DNA of 61,497 bases, filler included, from Choristocarpus tenellus KU-1152 (lineage: Eukaryota > Protista > Phaeophyceae), in assembly GCA_964200185.2 (NCBI GenBank). It is 12 parts of 12 records of this genome, joined end to end, with 100 filler letters (N's around TTAATTAATTAA, not from the genome) between each part and the next. Parts side by side here need not be neighbours in the genome. Positions count along the whole stretch, not along the records: positions 1 to 4,434 come from CAXNAD020014571.1; positions 4,535 to 7,271 come from CAXNAD020025183.1; positions 7,372 to 13,669 come from CAXNAD020008449.1; 9 more parts are not named here. One strand, written 5' to 3'. Numbering within the stretch: position 1 is the first letter of the stretch; every line of letters starts with the position of its first letter. The notes beneath the pieces were generated by a model, which was not told the origin of the DNA, did no database searches, and was given only the letters and a program-made list of their open reading frames with translations. Below are positions 1 to 11,990 of the stretch, in pieces. The position numbers were made by a program, and so were the translations under genes.

Positions 1-742
1 TTGTGCCCCCTTCCCCCCCCCCATCCCCCCCCCCCCCGTGTTGTTTCCTCTATAATTTATATATATTATAATTTGTAGTACATGTTTTGTCTTCCCTGTT
101 GTTTTTTTGTTTGAGACTGGCAGCGATGGATCAAGATGTATGAATATAAGAGGGTGATGAGGTGATATTGTTGTGATATTGTTGGTTTTTTCATTGACAA
201 GAAGAGTGTGCTGCAGGTGTGTAATATTGGGGTAGAATATTTTTAGGATAATGAGGATAAAACTACCCAATGAGGAGAAAAAGGGAACGCTCTTTGAGGG
301 TCTTGAGTGCAGGCGTTGTTGTGTTGAGTGTTGAGGGATTAAAGGTTCTGTAGAGGTGTGTCTTGATTCAAAATGGTTCTAATTCCAATATTTTAAGCCT
401 TGCAGATAGTAATAGATATAAATGGTTAGGGTTAGGGTTGCTCTTTGTTTGAGGAGGGGGGGGCTTTTTCACTTAAAAATAAAGTGTGTCTGAGCAAACG
501 CTCTATCAAGCACGTGTGAGAAGCCCTATTTTAACAGAACACTACTGGATGTTGTAGGGCAGTGTGATGTTTTGGATGTTTTGGATGTTTTATTCTGTTG
601 GCTGCTTGGAGTCGATTCCGTCTGTTTTATTTTGTCCATTTTGTGATTATCCTAGTTATTATTGTTATTCTTGTTATGGTCACACAATGTCTGATTTATC
701 CTCTCTTCACCATGTGTTTTACATGTGATTACTACTCATAAC

Positions 743-882
743 TATTATTCTTAGTAGCTTTATTCAGAAGTATTATTCTTAGTAGCTTTATTCAGAAGTA
801 TTATTCTTAGTAGCTTTATTCAGAAGTATTATTCTTAGTGGTTTTATTCGTAAGTATTATTCTTAGTAGCTTTATTCGTAAG
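743..882. repeat. Tandem repeat, 28-bp unit TATTATTCTTAGTAGCTTTATTCAGAAG, 5 copies
   Basis: Units start at 743, 771, 799, 827 and 855, with few substitutions in the last two. Confidence 0.95.
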
Positions 883-1249
883 AATTATTATTATTAGTTT
901 TAGTCGTTAGTATTATTATTATTAACTCTGTTATTGTTATAGTTGCAGATTGTGCTAATCATTTTGAAGTGGGAGATGGATGATCCAAACTCCAGCTGAC
1001 CATCCCCTTGTCATGACAATCAAATCCTGTAATGGTCTATGGTTTAGGGCTGTATCTTATCCTTACCTTTATTCCAATTAATTTATTTCTTTATTCCGCA
1101 AGCTGTAGTCAAAAAGTATCTTGCTTCAGTACATATATACATATATATACATATATACATATACATATGTGATTGTATCAGCTCTCTTCCCTCCCCCCCC
1201 CACCCCTTCACCTGTTACAACATTGTACAATATGAAAACGCCATGCAAG

Positions 1250-2812
1250 GTGGTGACATGGTTTGCAGACCGCTCAGATATGATCCTCCTCATGTTTGAT
1301 GCACACAAGCTGGATATTAGTGATGAGCTGAGGGATGTGATTCAAGCGGTTGCCCACCATGGGGACAAGGTAAGAGAGGCTGAATGGACATGACTGGATA
1401 TTTGTGTTACACTTTGTATGTGTTACATGTGTTATACTTTGTGATATTTGTGTTATATGTTATATATGTTACATGTGTTACACTTTGTATGTGTTACATG
1501 TGTTATACTTTTTTTTGTGTTATATGCTATGTATGTTACATGTGTTACACTTTGTTTTGTGTTACATGTTTTACACTTTGTTTTGTGTTGTATGTGTTGC
1601 ATTGTACTGCTTACAGTGAAAGTAGTACATTGTGGTGATGTTGATGCCACAATTGGAGATAACAACAGTGTTAATATAGTTTGATGCTGGGTGTGGTATT
1701 GGTGAACCATTTTATTTGTGATAGTAGTGAAATTTTTGCAAGACCTAATGGAAGACCTATTTGGTTGCATTAATGTTTGATGAGTTGCTGGAGCATTTTC
1801 GAATGAACTCTATTGCTCTGTGTCAGTCTTGACTGGGTTAGGGTTATAGGGTCTGGAGTATATCTCTTTGGGTGTAGTTCACAACCGCCTTTCACTTACT
1901 ACAAACAAACACTCACAAATCTGTAGAAATGAGGGCGCTCAGTGCAGTATGGCATGAGAGCATTCCCTTGATTGACTATTACTAGTACTGTACAGTCCTT
2001 GGTTCACAAAGTACTTTTATCATCTTATCATTTATCAGTTTCTGCCTTTAGTTTACATATAGTTAATATGTATCAATGACAGACACAAATTATCAGCCAG
2101 TCCCCCCAGAGTCTACCGAACTGGACTGTACCTTCATATCCTGTCCTGCTACAGTCCTGTTACTATAGTTCAAAGTTGGTACAATGGTGTGAAGGGATGA
2201 GCAATTCCACAACATGTATAATCTCTTGGTCTGTGGTAACAAATTAAAAATTGGAAATCAGGTCCTCGAAATTTCTTGTTGAAGTTTATGCACAGACAGA
2301 CTCCGCCCTAACTAAGCCTAACTAATCTTCCCCTCCCCCCCTCTTTGGATCCCTCTATCCAGGTTACTGTTCTTGGTAGGAGTAGATATTATGATGGTAA
2401 TCATTGTGTGTGTGTCAACATATATATTGTAGGAATAGTTGATTGTTGTGTATTTTCCCACATTTATTGTAGGAATGGTTATTATCGTTTTGTATTTGTC
2501 AACATTGACCAAAACATAGATGCAGGTATTTCAAAACCAAGTACAGTGCATACTTTGTATCTCTATTTGTATGTATGTAAGAGGTAGAGGATGTTGTACA
2601 TCAATGGTATTCTACAAATAGTAATGCGTAACTGCTGTGTACAGGTTGAATGGTTTTAGTTAGTATTGCAATGCAGTAACACACTATAGCAATGTACTTT
2701 TTGATAATTATGATTCTTTTTGTCCTTACTAGTTAAAGATTGCACCAGTCAAAATAAACTGGCTCTATTTTCGTACACAAGCTTGTACTGATGATGTGTT
2801 GAGCAACAGCAA

Positions 2813-2856
<44 letters not shown>

Positions 2857-3046
2857 ATAATAATGTCAAATTCATATAGGTGCGGGTTGTGTTGAACAAG
2901 GCGCATGAGGTGGACAGTGATCGCCTGGTCAAGGTGTATGGTGCTCTGATGTGGTCGATTGGGAGATCCTTTCGGGGTAAGGCTGAGGTGCCTAAGGTGT
3001 ATGTTGGATCTTTCTGGGATGGTCCGAGACGGCATCCTGAGGATGG
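1250..3046 (+). CDS. EH-domain-containing (EHD/RME-1 family, dynamin-like ATPase) protein, partial; exons 1250-1369 and 2880-3046
   Basis: AG/GT-bounded exons join in phase 0 to give VVTWFADRSDMILLMFDAHKLDISDELRDVIQAVAHHGDK|VRVVLNKAHEVDSDRLVKVYGALMWSIGRSFRGKAEVPKVYVGSFWDGP. This matches the EHD G-domain motifs FDAHKLDISDE, RVVLNKA and VYGALMWS. Confidence 0.93.
1400..1600. repeat. Degenerate TG/TA-rich minisatellite (TGTGTTACA/TGTGTTATA motifs) in the EHD intron
   Basis: Repeated tgtgttacactttgtatgtgttacatgtgttatac blocks; the overlapping Cys/Tyr/Val-rich ORFs are a by-product. Confidence 0.85.
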
Positions 3047-3051
3047 GTAAG

Positions 3052-3082
<31 letters not shown>

Positions 3083-3713
3083 TAATAATGATTTTGATAC
3101 TGTGTTTTTTAGGTTATTCTATTGTCCATCTAACCCTGAAAAACAAAAGAAGAGCATTGTTACAGTAGCTATGATGTTATGCCCCCCCCCCCCCCCCCCC
3201 CCCACCCCGCCCCCTGCCTTAGGGGTTCCAGTGGGGGGATGAGTAGGGGCATCAATCGTCTGAACTTGAAAAAAATCATTGGATGTATTTACATACATAT
3301 TTAAGAACACAAGATAGTAGTATCATCTAGTAAATTGATGGCATAATCTGTGTGTATCATCATATGTTGTTATGTATATAGGTCTTGAAGATAAGGGTCA
3401 GGGTATTTGTTGTGTTGATTGATGGTGTTGTTGATGGTGTGTACCTATGTGACAACTAAAGACATGCGTCTTGCACATTCCACCAATAGCTGTAGGCGAT
3501 CATTTTTGACTTTTTTTTTTTAGAGATTTGTGATTTTGGTTGATCGATGTGAGTGTAATGCTCCATGCCCTTTTTTTGTATTTTTTTAATATTATTAATA
3601 GGGCTAGGGTTAGGGTCAGGGTTAATGGTGGACTTTGTGGAGAGATCTTTGTTTTTTTCTCAAGAATGGACACTCGTATGCACAACCACATTCAAGGCTC
3701 CAAGGACCACACC

Positions 3714-3773
3714 ACTATACAGTTACAAACTATACAGTTACAAACTATACAGTTACAAACTATACAGTTACAA
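3714..3773. repeat. Tandem repeat ACTATACAGTTACAA x4
   Basis: Four consecutive 15-bp units are visible. Confidence 0.9.
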
Positions 3774-4382
3774 GCGACAGTTTCATAAAACAACAGTTAC
3801 GTACATACATCTGCAGTTTCATTCGCTAGTGGTATGTGCAAGGCGGTTAAATAGATTAGACAGTTACACATGCTAGACAGTTACATAAATTGACAGTTAT
3901 ATTTTAGTTGACATGTAGATGCAACCAACAGCGTTAATGGTATGATAGTACAATGGGTGATGTACTGACTAGTGCTGTTAACGATATTTATGGACACACT
4001 GGAGGTATTTTAATGTTACTATCATTGTTATTTTATTTTTATTAGTATGGTTTTTGATTTTGATTTTATGTGGGATGTGGGAGGTTTCAGGGTGAGTACG
4101 TCCAATTATATATATATATATATTTTTAGTGCATCCAATTATATATATATATATATATATTTTAGTGAACGACGTAGGCTGGTCTTCATATTGGTGTGTC
4201 TATTAATTAGCCCCTCAATCTTATTATTACTGACTAAATGAATGGGGGTTAAAATGTAAAGGTTGGGGTTAGGGATAGGGTTAGGGATAGGGTTAGGGGA
4301 GTTCACAAATTTGCAAACAGATTATGTTTTGCCTGTAACATCAAAAAAGCTCTCTTGGTGGAGAAAATGAAATAATATTGTA

Positions 4383-4413
<31 letters not shown>

Positions 4414-4434
4414 TGTATGTGTGTTTGTATGTAT

Positions 4435-4534
4435 NNNNNNNNNNNNNNNNNNNNNNNNNNNNNNNNNNNNNNNNNNNNTTAATTAATTAANNNNNNNNNN
4501 NNNNNNNNNNNNNNNNNNNNNNNNNNNNNNNNNN
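4435..4534. other. Artificial contig linker (44 N + TTAATTAATTAA + 44 N); identical linkers at 7272-7371, 13670-13769, 16656-16755, 19530-19629, 24941-25040, 30270-30369, 40376-40475, 43116-43215, 53044-53143 and 58815-58914
   Basis: Identical 100-bp structure 11 times; the palindrome TTAATTAATTAA places stops in all six frames. Confidence 0.98.
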
Positions 4535-6960
4535 ATGATGAAGCCCCATCTTTGATGTTGCTCATCACTCCTAAGTTTGCACTTGACCAACCTTAACCTC
4601 GTACCCTCGGTCACGGTTCGTCCTTGTTCGTGTGGTCTGTCTTGCCTGGTGATTCTCATTCTCTTCACCACCCTTGCCTGAGTGAACCATGCTGCCACAG
4701 TATCACACGATTCACATTGGTGACACCGGTGTCCTCAAAAATTGGGTAACGGGGCATTTCTGTTTGACCGCGGACGAAAGATGCCGAACTCGAGATCGAA
4801 ACGAAGAGACGTCGTGCACAAGAGCGCCGAAGTTCAGATCTGGCGCCATCAAGAGCACCTTGAGAAGGAAATCCAAGACCATGAGTCCATGGAAGACATG
4901 GAGTCTTCAACTCACCCTGATTCTGACTCATCTGATATCGACTCAGTGACGTCCAGCACCACCACACTTGCTGAACATCGACGTGGATCCCCCCCTTCCC
5001 CTTTCACAGATCACCAGTGATTTGGCTCGTTTGCAATCGTCTAATGACACTCCTGTCCCCATTACACCTCCGAAGACTTGGGATGATGTCCAGAAAGCCT
5101 TTATTACCGCGTTTACTCCCACCCTTGCTGTAAGTATATCGGCCCGTAGACTAACGCCTTTGAAACAGGGGTGATCGAGTCTGTTGATCAATATACTTTA
5201 CGTTGCACCACAGCAATGAATTGTTTTTTGGATGATGTTCATCGCACAACGTCATCCTCAAATGCAGTCGATACGAAAACGTTGCGAGCAACTGAAGATC
5301 ACCCTGATGGAGGACAGCTTACTCCCCCTGCAATTCGTCTTGAACAGATTTTGGACGAACCCGCCACCTCGTTGGCTCAAGCTCGTGACTGTGCCAAACG
5401 GCATGAAGTTAACCATTTGTCTGGCAATAACCCCACCCCCATAACAACTTACATGAGCGCTGTGACCCATAATTCTCATCGTGGACAGGTTCACCGTAGT
5501 GAACTCGAGCAATTACAACGAGAGTGCCAACGGCTACGTACAGAGGTGGAACGTCACCAAGCAGGGTAGGCACCCCTCAACAGGGCCCCAGCTCGGCCGT
5601 TGACAAGTCCACCACCCACAGCCGGGGACACTGACAGACCGAAGCGACCACAAGACACACTACCCTATGCAGCCTCACCGTCCAACTCAAAGTACACCGT
5701 GGATCAACAAAATAGTGTGTGCCAGTACCCGGGATGCCAGGCAGCGACTCGTGAGGGTCACACAACCCAGTCGTGCCTGGACAAACCGAGGAGTGCTCGT
5801 TTGCCACTCTTGCATCGTAGAGGCAGGGTTCGTGGAAGTCGTGTTCGTGTTCGTGAGGATAGTCAGTCAACACCTGGCCATTATGGTCCTCGTCCCTAGG
5901 GGTGCCCAGGTGGATTTGAGTGAAAGTATCTTAGAGGGTACTAGTTTTACCCTGTTTGTCCATTTGGTGCTTGGCTTCCCAGGTTTTTTATAGTGACATT
6001 TTCCTACTGCAAAATGTTTAGGAGTAGATGAAATGTGTATGTTATGAAAAGGTGTGTCCGCAAATATAGATATTGACACTTTCTAACAAATACGATAACC
6101 AAAATTTCATCAAAATCGCAGCATTGAATTTTTGACTCCTGTCCACTTGGGAACAGCCATGGTGTTGTTGTTGACACCATCGTAGGGAGTGGCAAGCGTC
6201 AAAGGTTGACACCAGTCGCACCTCTTGCCCCGCAGGCATCGTTTATTGCCTGCACGCGTGTCACTAAGCATTTTTCTTTGCCATTAGTTCAACCAAACTC
6301 GTGTGATAATAATGAAACTTGGTTCAACAGTTCTTTGTTCAGATATCCATCCATGCCCGAACCTTTGTCGTTTTCATCACAAAGAGTACTTGTATCTGGC
6401 ACCGTTGAAGAACAAGAGGAAAATGATTTGACAATTGACACAGCCAGTGATGTACCATGTATTTCTGAAATATTTGTTCGCATTCACCCTCAACTGAAAC
6501 GTTTTGATGTTCATCCTGTCCCACCTGGTGCAATAAATCTACGTGCAGCGAATGGTTCACCTTTGCATATTTGTGGATTTATTCGTTTTGCACTTACACT
6601 TGGTGACACCACATTGCTAGTTGAAGCTTTAGTGATTCCCCAACTTGGTCCCGATAAAATTCTGCTTGATAATAGTTTTATGCAGGCCTTCGGTGCAATC
6701 CTTGATTGGTAAGAACAACGTCTTTCATTTCACAACAGTGCATGTACCATTTCATCAAGACATCACATGACAAGGAGCCCCACTCAAGTACGTGATACAA
6801 GTACCACTCCTTCGTGTTCTGTGGTGAGTGTCCAACATGATTTTGATCCTATACCTGTTCGTGTACATAAACAGTATAACATACCGCCTGGTCATGAAAT
6901 CATCGTACGTTACACCACTGATACTAGTCCGTCGTTGGATACTGCTGTGGTAGAGGAGCC
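4535..6960 (+). mobile_element. Ty3/Gypsy LTR retrotransposon 5' part, degenerate: partial 5' LTR to 4716, PBS from 4718, gag, aspartic protease; interrupted by a MITE
   Basis: LTR end ...CACA followed by T-TGGTGACACCG (PBS-like). Gag motif KTWDDVQKAFITAF...LKQG/ESVDQYTLR with a frameshift. Zn-knuckle-like CQYPGC...H...C. Protease LTIDTASDVPCISE...LRAANGSPL...ILLDNSFMQAFGAILDW followed by a stop. Confidence 0.85.
5918..6138 (+). mobile_element. MITE family A copy, internally deleted near its right end, inserted between gag and protease
   Basis: Starts GAGTGAAAGTATCTTAGAGGGTA, shares the internal sequence of the other family A copies and ends TTTGACTC. Confidence 0.88.
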
Positions 6961-6965
6961 AGTTT

Positions 6966-7236
6966 TGTTGAACTATCCCACACTAGACCCGCGACTTTTA
7001 TGGTGCTTTAATGAAGGACAAAGAACAACTTGATGTAGACGAGTAAGGTTAATATTACAGGGGTCTTGTGGTCTCGATTCCGCTGACTGAGCTCATGGGT
7101 GAGACTCTGGCCTTAACTACCACCATTACTCTATAGTGTGGGGTTTGTAATCGTCCACACTAACTTACTATGAATTACTTATTTACTTATCTTAAGTATA
7201 GGAAGTGTATCTTGAACATGATATAACCAATCAACA
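6966..7236. mobile_element. Possible LTR fragment
   Basis: Inverted termini TGTTGA...TCAACA truncate the Gypsy pol frame; no TSD found. Confidence 0.35.
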
Positions 7237-7600
7237 CTATGAGTCAGTACATATAATATATCTGTCACTGGNNNNNNNNNNNNNNNNNNNNNNNNNNNNN
7301 NNNNNNNNNNNNNNNTTAATTAATTAANNNNNNNNNNNNNNNNNNNNNNNNNNNNNNNNNNNNNNNNNNNNCCATCTTCCTTTCCCTTTTTTTTTTTACC
7401 TTGACACAGTTGTACCTACCCTGCAGATCCCCCTTGCCCCCAACGTACACACCCATACATGTTACAGGTAACGCAACATTGCCAAGAGAGGGGTAGACTA
7501 CTGGACTGCATATGGCACTCTCTCAGTGACCTCTTTGAATGTGTACTTCAGGAGATGGCTTCTACTATTACTAGGTTCATAATCAGAATGTGACAAAAAT

Positions 7601-7633
<33 letters not shown>

Positions 7634-8575
7634 TGAGAGGTCTTACCATCCTCAGATATTCCAATTGGATGGGCATTGTGGTGCCGTGATATATGCACTG
7701 TAGTAATCAGTGGGTTACACAATGGGAAAGGGTCGAATCTAAAGCTTCATTTTGTTCAAGTTGGCTTGTATCGAGATCATTTTACTTTTGAAAACGAAAT
7801 AACAAGACTTGGTTGTCCACTGCTGGACCTCTCAAATGTTCAGTCCAAACATTTATTAAGTCAATGCTGTTGTGCCAGGAGCCACTTCTGGAGCTATAGC
7901 ACAATCATTTCTTGCTGACAGCCATGGATTGTGATTGGAAGAAGTTGACCAGGATGGAACTGGATGGGACCGAGTTGTTGGGGGATGTAATAATGTTGCA
8001 GAAGTTGAGTAGATGTGGTGTGTTAATGAAAGAAAGTTAAAGTATGTTATCTTGCTTAACATTTGGCTCAGGCATAGAGGGGCTTTGGTGGGTTGTTTTG
8101 CCAGTATATATTTTCTACATTGCTCCTATTCTGCAAGCAAGGGAGCATTTCAAATATTTTGCAAAGGTGCAGTGGACACAAATTTGATAGTCCTAAGTAG
8201 ATTGAGGCAGATTATTAACGCCTAGTAAAAACTTAGAGCAGCAGGCCTTGCACCAGGGGATTGGCTTGCCACGCGGGATTGGGAAGAGTATTACCACATG
8301 TCAGCACCTTCTGCACACAATAGACACCTCAAGGAAACCCGAAGGAATCCACCACCTCCAAGAAGGTGTACCAAGTAGATCGAGGTTTTGGTTGCCAAAC
8401 CATTCAGGTTTGCCTTGCTACCCCTTGCTCTCCCCATCCAATTCCTCAACCCAACAAAAACGTCTGCTATCTCAAGCACACTCCCCTCCTCCTTGTCTCT
8501 TCTTGATCTGCCGCCTCATTCTGTTTTGCCCATCTATCTGTATTGGCTATCCTTTCTAATGGATTTTTATTACAG

Positions 8576-9407
8576 GTGTGAGAAAAGGTTGAGTGAAATG
8601 ACTGATGTGTTGCAGAGAGAGTGGACTGCGAAGGAAGAACGTGTAGAGAGTCACCAAAGAGAGGTCAAATCCGTGAAGGAGATACTGAACCAAAGGCATG
8701 ATGCAGGGCGTATGGGAACTGCTTGCATGTGAACTTTAAAAAGCACCCACCAGGGGCAAGCAGAGGATGTGATGCTAGTGGCATGCCTGCACTCAGATTT
8801 CACGCCTCTTTGGTCACTAATGCTGCTGCTACTTTGAAGTATCACATGTTGGAAGGCATTTTTCAATGGACAGGACTAAACTTTTTTCTGTGGTGTGTCT
8901 TCTCTCTCAGGAAAGTGGGCAATGCAGCAGTGCCCAGTTCCTCTGCTAGGTTGTTGCAAATCTAACCTACCCTACACACCAGCACAAACTTTCATATTAT
9001 TTCATGCCGTGTAACACAAACACATTCGGAGTGAAACACATGCACGTAGATTAAGGTGTATGCGCAAAGAAGGGTAGGCATGCGGACAGGCATGCAGACA
9101 AGTGCATATTTTTTGCCTCTTCTCTTCCCCCGCATGCTTATCGAAAACATTAGCCTGTACCCACACCTACCTCCCCCACCATATGACCCAGGGCCCCATG
9201 CTTTCTATACCTATACCTAGTTGTGCCAATATCCCCATCCCACAAAATCAATACATATATCCAATATCTCCCAAAGTATACCAGCCCACCCAGGCATACG
9301 CCAACCAACTCTGTGGATGATGTTGTTGTAGGTGGGCAAAGAAGGTGGTGCAGCTCAAGGAGCAGCTTTCCAAGCAGGAGATGATTATCAAGAGAGATGA
9401 GCAAACG
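8576..9407 (+). CDS. Partial gene for a coiled-coil protein; exons 8576-8695 and 9332-9407
   Basis: The exons join in phase 2 only if a GC donor (AG|GCATGA at 8696) is used, giving CEKRLSEMTDVLQREWTAKEERVESHQREVKSVKEILNQR-WAKKVVQLKEQLSKQEMIIKRDEQT (heptad-like, E/K/Q-rich). The second exon ends at GTGAG. Confidence 0.6.
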
Positions 9408-9969
9408 GTGAGGGTTTGCTGGAGGTAGGATATGTCAGCATGGAAAAGTCAAGAAAATGCCTTGCAACACAGTATCACTGCACAATTTCAATGATCTGTT
9501 TATTGGTTGGGAACCTGCTTCTTTTCACACCTGTCTAGCAGAAAGAGGTTTCATAGAGAGTGAGTAAAAGAAATGATAATGTGGTGGTACTTTATATAGT
9601 TCCCTCATTTCCTCTGGATTTATCTTTTTTTCGAACTGAACGGTCTTACTTTGACCCAGACTCCTACTGAGTGCTCATGCCATTATTACCTTACCTCCTC
9701 TTCTGTTGAACTCACCAGTGCAATGCAATGGAGATGAGTCCAAGTTGTAATTCGGTGAATTGACAGGAGAAACCCTCCATACCCAGCACCCTGTATCCCT
9801 ACCCACCACATTAAACACATACTGTATGTGCCACACTGTTCTTAATTTCATGTCTGCGTGCTGTGCACCTGACTGTCCCAGGTTTCCCATCTGAGGAAGT
9901 GGCTCCCAAATTTTCAATCTTACGCTGATTCTGTGCTGATTAAGCTACTTCCTCAGTCCGAAATCCAGG

Positions 9970-11431
9970 ACTCTAGCAATGTGGACAAGGATAAGGGGTG
10001 TTTTTTGAGCAATACACCCCCGTTGGTGTGTCTGAAGTGTTTGGTTGGGGATATCCTTAGGCAAGGGGCAGGCGACCTTTTCTACTTAGTCTGTGAAGAA
10101 CCGGTAACTATGGAAAAATTAGAAATGGAGGAGACATTTAGCAAGTGGAAGAGCAAATGATGGGGGGAGGGAGTGGAGGCTACTTGTGCGGCTGGTTATG
10201 AAAATAGTGACAAAGACCCAAACGTTGTCAGGTTCCCTTTGATCCCAGATCCAACTTTTATCTTGAATGTGCATCAAGGAAATAGTACCTTTGCCATTGA
10301 GGTTTTTTAAGGCTGGAGGGTGGGTTGCTCAGGAAATATACTTGGCATATTTGGGATGTCCAGCTCAAGCTGTAGAGGTAGAAACGGGCTCCCTCGTCTG
10401 TCTCCCCATACTCCTTTTCTCTGATGTATCTATTGACTGCTCATTTACTACTCTCTCAGCATTCATGAAAGTCATTGATGACAACCCAGAAGGAAATATC
10501 TCACGAAAAAGAGGGCCAATCCGAGTCCTACTACTATGTATGAGCCGCCCTGATCTATCCTCTCCTCGATCCCTCCCCTCAAAATATCTGATTTCTCAGT
10601 TGTAACCTATGTCATCTGCCCTTCAATCTCACCAGGAAGCACTCAAACAGGATATTGAGAGGATTAAATTATCAGGACTGTTGGATCCGTGTAGCTGTGA
10701 GGGCTCGGACAATGAGGGGGAAGGGGGGAGTTTTACTGACTTGGTAATCAATGGAAAATTAGGGGAGGGGGAGAGCAAGGATGTATTCGAGAGGTCTCTT
10801 GGACAAGGAGGGAAAATACCCTTTACTGAGTCTGAAGATAAGAAGGGTGAGATGAGGAAAGTTCTGGGTAGCATGTTTATCTGTGATTTGCCGGGTTATT
10901 AATAGTGGCAATGATCACTCCAATTGTTACCCATGTGTGGTGTAGTGGCATGAAGAGGAGACTACCAAATGGGGGGGATGCTGCTGGGAAAGAGATGAGT
11001 CCATTCTTGTTTGAAACACAGACATCACAGAACAATAAAACAGGGGTTATGCGACCAAGAATGAGTACCACAGAAATTTGGTTAATTCATGTAGTGGTGA
11101 AACCCGGAGGGACTCTGCAGGTTCGGATTCTGTTGCAATAACATTGACACAGGTATCATATACCACAGGGGACGTTGAAGCAGCAGTGAACAATGGCCAA
11201 GAGAGCAAAGGCAGTCCTCGGAATGCAGATCGAGAGAAGGTTGTCGGCAAAAAGGTTTTGCTGGCAGCACTCATGGATCACAGCAAGGAGTCAAGCAAAG
11301 AGATTGCTGATCTAAAACTCAAGGTATTGGGCATCAAGAAAGAGATGACAATGGCGACAGCAGCAGCAAGGATAGATGCTTTTAGGCTGGTTCAGGCAAG
11401 AGATGTGCCATACTCCCCATCATATCAATGA
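9970..11431 (+). pseudogene. Decayed intronless coding-like region of unknown origin, possibly transposon-derived
   Basis: Chain of protein-like ORFs (10267-10605 and 10609-10902 in the same frame across one stop; 11078-11431 has a helical C-terminus) broken by stops and frameshifts. No family recognised. Confidence 0.4.
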
Positions 11432-11731
11432 ACACATGACATTGCCTACCCCCTCTAGGGAATGACGCAACTTGTGGCGTGCGATATTGTACAGGAGTAG
11501 ATAGAGTGAAAGCAATCAATATAGAATGTATACATTTCCTCCCCTGAAATCCTCGGTATACACAAAACCTCTAGCCGGCTTAGCTGGAACATTCTAAACT
11601 ATTTTTCCACTCTCATTCCCACTGATGACAGCATGCAGGTTGTTTTGGGGAGTGTGAGTCATTGCGAAAGTAATTAAGACCGGGAGGTCGGAGACATGGT
11701 GCAAAGAGCAGCATATACACCCATAGCAACT

Positions 11732-11990
11732 GAATCAAAGCATTAAAGAGAGTAGGGTAGGGTCCGTTTGGGGTCCATAAACCAATGTTGCGATTTTTAT
11801 TGAATTTTGACCATCGTGTTTGTTAGGGAGTGTCAATATCCTTGCTCCGGACACACCTTTCATAGTTGTATACATTTTAGGTAACTGTGCTTACACAGAA
11901 AACTGAAAAAGGGGAAAAAAACCCCGTGGGAAGCCAAGCCCTGAACAGACAAACAGTGCAAAACTCCTACCCTTTTAAATGCTTTGGCTC
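11732..11990 (-). mobile_element. MITE family A copy with 3-bp TSD ACT
   Basis: ACT|GAATCAAAGCATTAAAGAGAGTAG...TACCCTTTTAAATGCTTTGGCTC|ACT; the internal sequence is the reverse complement of family A. Confidence 0.9.

Noticed and set aside
1384-1770. Overlapping Cys/Tyr/Val-rich ORFs
   Set aside because: These are translations of an intronic minisatellite.
4479-4490. Recurrent palindrome TTAATTAATTAA as a biological motif
   Set aside because: It is always centred in 44+44 N; it is an artificial six-frame-stop linker.
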